The notes below the pieces were generated by a model. That model had not been told where the DNA came from. It made no database searches and saw only the letters and a program-made list of their open reading frames with translations. Shown in pieces: positions 36,697 to 40,541 of a stretch of DNA of 40,541 nucleotides. The stretch lies in the UHGV virus genome UHGV-1362492; one strand, given 5' to 3'. A program made the translations under genes and the position numbers. Each line of letters starts with the position of its first letter. Within the stretch, counting starts at the first letter, position 1. The DNA is from a virus.

Positions 36697-37214
36697 ACGT
36701 ACTAGAGAAGATTTTGGAAGAAAAAGAAATTGTAGCGATCAAAGAACTAATAGAAGAAAATGAAAAATGCTTTAATCATTGTGAGGGTGCTTGTTGTAGC
36801 GTGAAAAGCGGTATATGCAATTGTGATGATGGCGTGATAGTGCAAGCAATTCATAAAATGAAGAAGTATTTAGAGTTGGCTAATGACACAAATGTCCCTA
36901 GTAAAAACGGTTGGATTCCGGTAAGTGAGAAATTGCCGGAAGTCGGGAAAATGGTAAAAGTTACCGTACACTCATCCGAATGGATTGCGGACTACGATTC
37001 GGCCTGGGTTCCAGAAGAAGAACAGACATACCATCCGGAAGAATACAGTGTGTATGATGGATATCTGAGCAGAACAGGAGAATGGAGATTCTATGATGAG
37101 CAATATTCGGAAAACACCTGTGCAAAAGAATTTGGAACAGATAAGGGAACGGTGTACGATGTCGTGACAGCGTGGATGCCGAAAGAACAGATAAAACCAT
37201 ACAAGGAGGAATAA
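36693..37214 (+). CDS. DUF551-like phage protein
   Basis: WIPVSEKLPEVGKMVKV…VTAWMPKEQIKPYKE matches DUF551 W..LP…WMP pattern. Confidence 0.5.
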   Translation: MNVLEKILEEKEIVAIKELIEENEKCFNHCEGACCSVKSGICNCDDGVIVQAIHKMKKYLELANDTNVPSKNGWIPVSEKLPEVGKMVKVTVHSSEWIADYDSAWVPEEEQTYHPEEYSVYDGYLSRTGEWRFYDEQYSENTCAKEFGTDKGTVYDVVTAWMPKEQIKPYKEE

Positions 37215-37215
37215 C

Positions 37216-37407
37216 ATGGACATTTTAATCACAATCGCATTCCTAGCCCTGTATTACATCCTGGGGCTTGGAACAGTGATTGCCCTAAAGGCAGGATTGG
37301 AAGAGGATGTAAAACTAGAAGGTGCGGATTACCTGATGGCTGCGGGATTCCCGATACTGCTATTTGTGGTGTTTTTGGATTGGATTGTGCGGAAGATAGT
37401 GAGGTAG
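37216..37407 (+). CDS. small membrane protein
   Basis: Two hydrophobic helices. 63 aa. Confidence 0.35.
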   Translation: MDILITIAFLALYYILGLGTVIALKAGLEEDVKLEGADYLMAAGFPILLFVVFLDWIVRKIVR

Positions 37408-37411
37408 GAAG

Positions 37412-38008
37412 ATGAAAAAGTTTAACTGGAATGAATTTAAAAATAAATACAATAAGATTGCGGTGCACTGTAAGACTGAGGAAGAAGCGAAAGACTTCTG
37501 CAAGCAGATGCACAAACATAGGATGAAGTGGTGTAACGGAAAAAGTTATTTGAAAAATACAAATTATATGCGCAACGAAGGAACGTGTTATTACGGAAGC
37601 GGAGAATATTCGACTCGTGATTTTGTGGAAAAGTACAATTATAAAATCTTAGAATGGAGTGATTACATGGACAAAGAATTTACCAAGGCAGATTTGAGAG
37701 ATGGGATGGTAGTTGAACAAAGAGATGGCAACATGTATCTTGTATTGGCTGAGGAGGTAGTGAGGAAATGTGGATACAATGAAATGAACTGTTATACCGA
37801 TGACTTGAAATGTAAAGGTTATACAGAAGGAGATATCGTTAAAGTCTATAGGATTACTCCGGAATCACTCAGACGCATAGAAGATGTGTTTATTAAAAGC
37901 AACCTTGAACTCATCTGGGAGCGCAAAGAACCAAAGAAAATGACAGTGGAAGAAATGCGACAGAAGTTGGAAGAGCTGACAGGAGAGAAAATTGAGGTGA
38001 CGGCATGA
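37412..38008 (+). CDS. hypothetical protein
   Basis: 198-aa ORF. Confidence 0.4.
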   Translation: MKKFNWNEFKNKYNKIAVHCKTEEEAKDFCKQMHKHRMKWCNGKSYLKNTNYMRNEGTCYYGSGEYSTRDFVEKYNYKILEWSDYMDKEFTKADLRDGMVVEQRDGNMYLVLAEEVVRKCGYNEMNCYTDDLKCKGYTEGDIVKVYRITPESLRRIEDVFIKSNLELIWERKEPKKMTVEEMRQKLEELTGEKIEVTA

Positions 38009-38229
38009 CCAGAGAGAGCATGAAACGTAGAAAGGAGACAGCAGGAGTTATCCGAAAGATTGAAGCGTACACTATGGCAACGAGGAAGCCCTGTGAGACG
38101 GCTTTAAAGCAAAAGGGGCATAAAGCCTTTGCCTGCGACTTTAAAGGCGGCGAGAGGGCGAATAAGGACGCTGTGGACTACATAGCAGAGAAATACAACA
38201 TAAAAGAGCGGATCCCGGGAGGTGATTGA
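38005..38229 (+). CDS. hypothetical protein
   Basis: 74-aa ORF overlapping neighbours. Confidence 0.3.
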   Translation: MTRESMKRRKETAGVIRKIEAYTMATRKPCETALKQKGHKAFACDFKGGERANKDAVDYIAEKYNIKERIPGGD

Positions 38230-38644
38230 GTTGGACAAGAAAACACTGAAAAAGTATAAGCCAAACAAAGATAGACTTATCCGGATTGAGAACCAGATAC
38301 AAGAACTCTGTGAACGGGAATCGACTGTTGTCATGGGGAAGGTAACGGGATCCAGCGCAGATTTTCCGTACACCGAAGTGAGAACATCTGTACAAATGTA
38401 TGACCCTTACGAAGAAGAGAATGTAAGACAGCAGATTAGGCGAAAAGAAGCGGACAGGCTGCGGATCCTGAAAGAGCAAGAAGAAGTCGAAGACTACATA
38501 AATGGGATTGATGATCCGGAGATTAAAGAGATATTTGAGTTGCACTATCTTGAGGGGAAAACCCAGCAAAAAGTCGCAGATGAAATTGGATATACCCAGG
38601 CGCGAGTATCGCAGATTATAAGCGCACAGCTTAAAGATTTATAG
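38222..38644 (+). CDS. ArpU-family late transcriptional regulator (sigma-70 region-4-like HTH)
   Basis: 140 aa. C-terminal EIFELHYLEGKTQQKVADEIGYTQARVSQII. Last gene before packaging module. Confidence 0.55.
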   Translation: MIELDKKTLKKYKPNKDRLIRIENQIQELCERESTVVMGKVTGSSADFPYTEVRTSVQMYDPYEEENVRQQIRRKEADRLRILKEQEEVEDYINGIDDPEIKEIFELHYLEGKTQQKVADEIGYTQARVSQIISAQLKDL

Positions 38645-38723
38645 CATTTATATTTTACTTATGCTATAATTATCCTAGAACGATTGTATATTGTTCTAAA
38701 ACAATCTTTCCAAACATTCAGAA

Positions 38724-38759
38724 CACCGCCGGACTTTTACCCTTTCTTGTCTGGCGGTG
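38724..38759 (+). terminator. hairpin caccgccgga-(16 nt)-tctggcggtg followed by GTTTCT
   Basis: 10-bp inverted repeat with one mismatch. Confidence 0.3.
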
Positions 38760-38766
38760 TTTCTAT

Positions 38767-38810
38767 GCCGTGGTCAGTTGGGACAAGCAGGTTCGATCCC
38801 TGCACACGGT
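38767..38810 (+). other. tRNA-like fragment (T-arm GCAGGTTCGATCCCTGC plus short acceptor-like stem ccgtg/cacgg)
   Basis: Canonical T-loop TTCGATC. No anticodon arm. Confidence 0.35.
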
Positions 38811-38992
38811 TTAGTAGCATATCACGGTAAATATTAAAAATCCGGAATGCCGTGGAAGTGCTACGGAGTGATATCACAAAACGCAGATATCCGCAGATCT
38901 GCAAAACAAACAAAAATAGATTCAGCAATCTATATTTAGTGTCAGTACCCGAGCGCGGATAGGGTAAAGGATGTCAATAAAAGGCATCCTAC

Positions 38993-39065
38993 GGGTGTAT
39001 AGCTCAGTTGGCAGAGCAATCGGCTGTTAACCGATGTGTCGCAGGTTCGAGTCCTGCTATACCCG
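38993..39065 (+). tRNA. tRNA-Asn (anticodon GTT)
   Basis: Manually folded: acceptor GGGTGTA/TATACCC (one G-U), D-arm GCTC-AGTTGGCA-GAGC, anticodon stem ATCGG/CCGAT with loop CTGTTAA, T-arm GCAGG-TTCGAGT-CCTGC, discriminator G. Confidence 0.75.
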
Positions 39066-39239
39066 TTGTGGACTACTGCAAGGTTCCTCCTTTTTCTTAT
39101 AAATTTTGATTGTGTACTTGGTTATTTTGGTTTTGTTGCTGTTATAATTCTTTCATAGCAGTAGTCCTAAATATTGCATTGCAAATAAACGTATATTGCG
39201 GTAGCATATATGATATAAAATACAGGAGGATATGATTTA

Positions 39240-39473
39240 ATGGAATGGTTAACAGAAGAAGAACAGTACAAAGATGATTTGACCAGTCGAGAAATCGAAA
39301 GAATTAAAGATGAAGAACTTAGAAATATACGGCGAAAATACCATAAGCGTATGCTAAGAAATTTCCATGATGAAAAAAATATTAGCGACAAAGAACTTAT
39401 AAAAATGTGGAGAGAAGATCAGGAAAAAGAGAAAAAAGAAATTGAAGAATATAGAAAGAGAAAAGGCATCTGA
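39240..39473 (+). CDS. small highly charged helical protein
   Basis: RBS CAGGAGGA. 77 aa K/E/R-rich. Followed by terminator. Confidence 0.4.
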   Translation: MEWLTEEEQYKDDLTSREIERIKDEELRNIRRKYHKRMLRNFHDEKNISDKELIKMWREDQEKEKKEIEEYRKRKGI

Positions 39474-39490
39474 TTAGATGTCTCTTTTTT
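39464..39490 (+). terminator. rho-independent terminator aggcatct-gatt-agatgtct + TTTTTT
   Basis: 8-bp stem, T6 run 39485-39490. Confidence 0.5.
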
Positions 39491-39520
39491 ATGGTAGAAA
39501 TTTGGAAGGTGGTGAGTCCT

Positions 39521-40090
39521 ATGACAGAAAAACAGAAAATATTTGCAGATGAGTACTTGATTGATCTAAATGCCACACGGGCTTACCGCGTCGCATATCC
39601 AAGCGTAAAGAAAGAAGAGTCAGCAGCAGTAAATGGAAGTAAGTTACTAAGAAATGCTAAGGTTGCAGAATATATTACCGAAAGAATGGAAGAGCGGCAG
39701 AAGCGGACGGAGATCACGCAGGATCGAGTTTTAAATGAACTGGCTGCCATTGCTTTTTCCAAGGCTTCAGACTACGCGAAAGTAGTTGAGAAACAGGCTA
39801 CAGCAGAAGTAGGTGGAAATATTATTCCGCTCGTAGGAGAAGACGGAGAACCGATTCTGTATCGGACCGTAGAATTGGAGCTTACAGATAACCTTACTGA
39901 GGAACAGCAGCGAGCCCTCGGAACGATTAAAAAGGGGCGCGATGGATTGGAACAGAAGCCCTGCGACAAGGTAAAGGCGCTCGAGCTTCTCGGCAGGCAT
40001 TTAGGTATGTGGAATGACAAGCTGGATGTAGCAGGAGATATGGACATGAAGATTGTGGTAGACTATGGTGATGAGGATGAAAGAAGTTAA
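39521..40090 (+). CDS. terS: terminase small subunit
   Basis: ATG after GGAAGGTGGTGAG. MTEKQKIFADEYLIDLNATRAYRVAYP is a typical terS N-terminus. Directly upstream of terL. Confidence 0.65.
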   Translation: MTEKQKIFADEYLIDLNATRAYRVAYPSVKKEESAAVNGSKLLRNAKVAEYITERMEERQKRTEITQDRVLNELAAIAFSKASDYAKVVEKQATAEVGGNIIPLVGEDGEPILYRTVELELTDNLTEEQQRALGTIKKGRDGLEQKPCDKVKALELLGRHLGMWNDKLDVAGDMDMKIVVDYGDEDERS

Positions 40091-40541
40091 TGTTGGATTT
40101 AACAGAAATTTCAAAGAGTTCAATGAGTGCAAGAAACGATACCGATTGGCAAAAGGCTCTGCCGGTTCTGGGAAGTCAGTAAACATTGCACAGAATTTTA
40201 TCATCAAACTTGGTGATCCGAAGTACAAAGGTGCGAATCTTCTGTGCGTCCGGAAAGTAGACACAACAAACAAAGATAGTACTTATGCGGAGCTAAAGAG
40301 TGCAATATATAAAATATACGGGGATAAAGCAGGATTATTCTGGCAGATCAGAAGTAATCCAATGGAGCTGATCTCGAAAGTGACAGGAAATAAAGTGATT
40401 TTCCGAGGAATGAAAGATGATGGACAGCGAGAAAAAGTAAAGTCTATCACATTTGATGTCGGAAAATTAACATGGATATGGATTGAAGAAGCAACGGAGC
40501 TTTACGAAGCGGATGTCGATATTCTCGATGACCGACTCAGA
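40065..40541 (+). CDS. terL: terminase large subunit, N-terminal ATPase part (runs off 3' end of window; alternative start 40077)
   Basis: Walker A LAKGSAGSGKS, WIEEATE Walker-B-like motif. No stop before window end. Confidence 0.7.
   Translation, partial: MVMRMKEVNVGFNRNFKEFNECKKRYRLAKGSAGSGKSVNIAQNFIIKLGDPKYKGANLLCVRKVDTTNKDSTYAELKSAIYKIYGDKAGLFWQIRSNPMELISKVTGNKVIFRGMKDDGQREKVKSITFDVGKLTWIWIEEATELYEADVDILDDRLR

Noticed and set aside
38767-38810. Second complete tRNA gene
   Set aside because: T-arm is canonical, but no anticodon arm or full acceptor stem could be folded. Reported only as a tRNA-like fragment.

Overview
The window reads as a complete temperate siphovirus genome of about 40.5 kb from a low-GC Firmicute (Clostridia-like codon usage and Shine-Dalgarno sites). 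The sequence appears to be opened inside the terminase large-subunit gene: the terL N-terminal part lies at the 3' end and its C-terminal part at the 5' end, so the element is probably circular or circularly permuted.

Gene order on the + strand:
- terL C-terminal part, portal, and a MuF-like minor head protein with a C-terminal extension followed by a small coupled ORF and a terminator (possible toxin/immunity moron).
- A phage-encoded Prp-like cysteine protease.
- An AT-rich insert of four ORFs.
- Scaffold and major capsid proteins, both carrying N-terminal LQLFA Prp-type cleavage motifs.
- Head-tail joining genes and a major tail protein, which also carries LQLFA.
- Tail chaperones and a 1001-aa tape measure protein with internal hydrophobic tandem repeats.
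- Dit, Tal and a receptor-binding protein with a Listeria-Bacteroides (InlB B) repeat.
- A lysis cassette: XhlA-like protein, holin and Amidase_3 endolysin.

A - strand block follows:
- A three-gene moron that includes an HTH protein.
- A large serine recombinase with a candidate attP.
- An AT-rich lipoprotein + 4-TM protein + 296-aa unknown cassette.
- An ImmA-like metallopeptidase and XRE repressor at a divergent operator/promoter region.

The + strand early region then carries:
- Cro-like HTH proteins and a BRO-N antirepressor.
- A Sak/Rad52-like annealing protein, NinB/Orf, RusA and a replisome organiser.
- A PAPS-reductase-like PP-loop protein with Cys-rich partners.
- YopX, a DUF551-like protein and an ArpU-family late regulator.
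- A noncoding region with tRNA-Asn(GTT) and a tRNA-like fragment.
- terS and the terL N-terminal part.

The most interesting candidates are the AT-rich lysogeny-operon cargo (possible defence or superinfection exclusion), the Prp/triple-LQLFA processing system, and the MuF-associated cassette. All family assignments come from motif recognition by eye and need HMM or structure searches to confirm.
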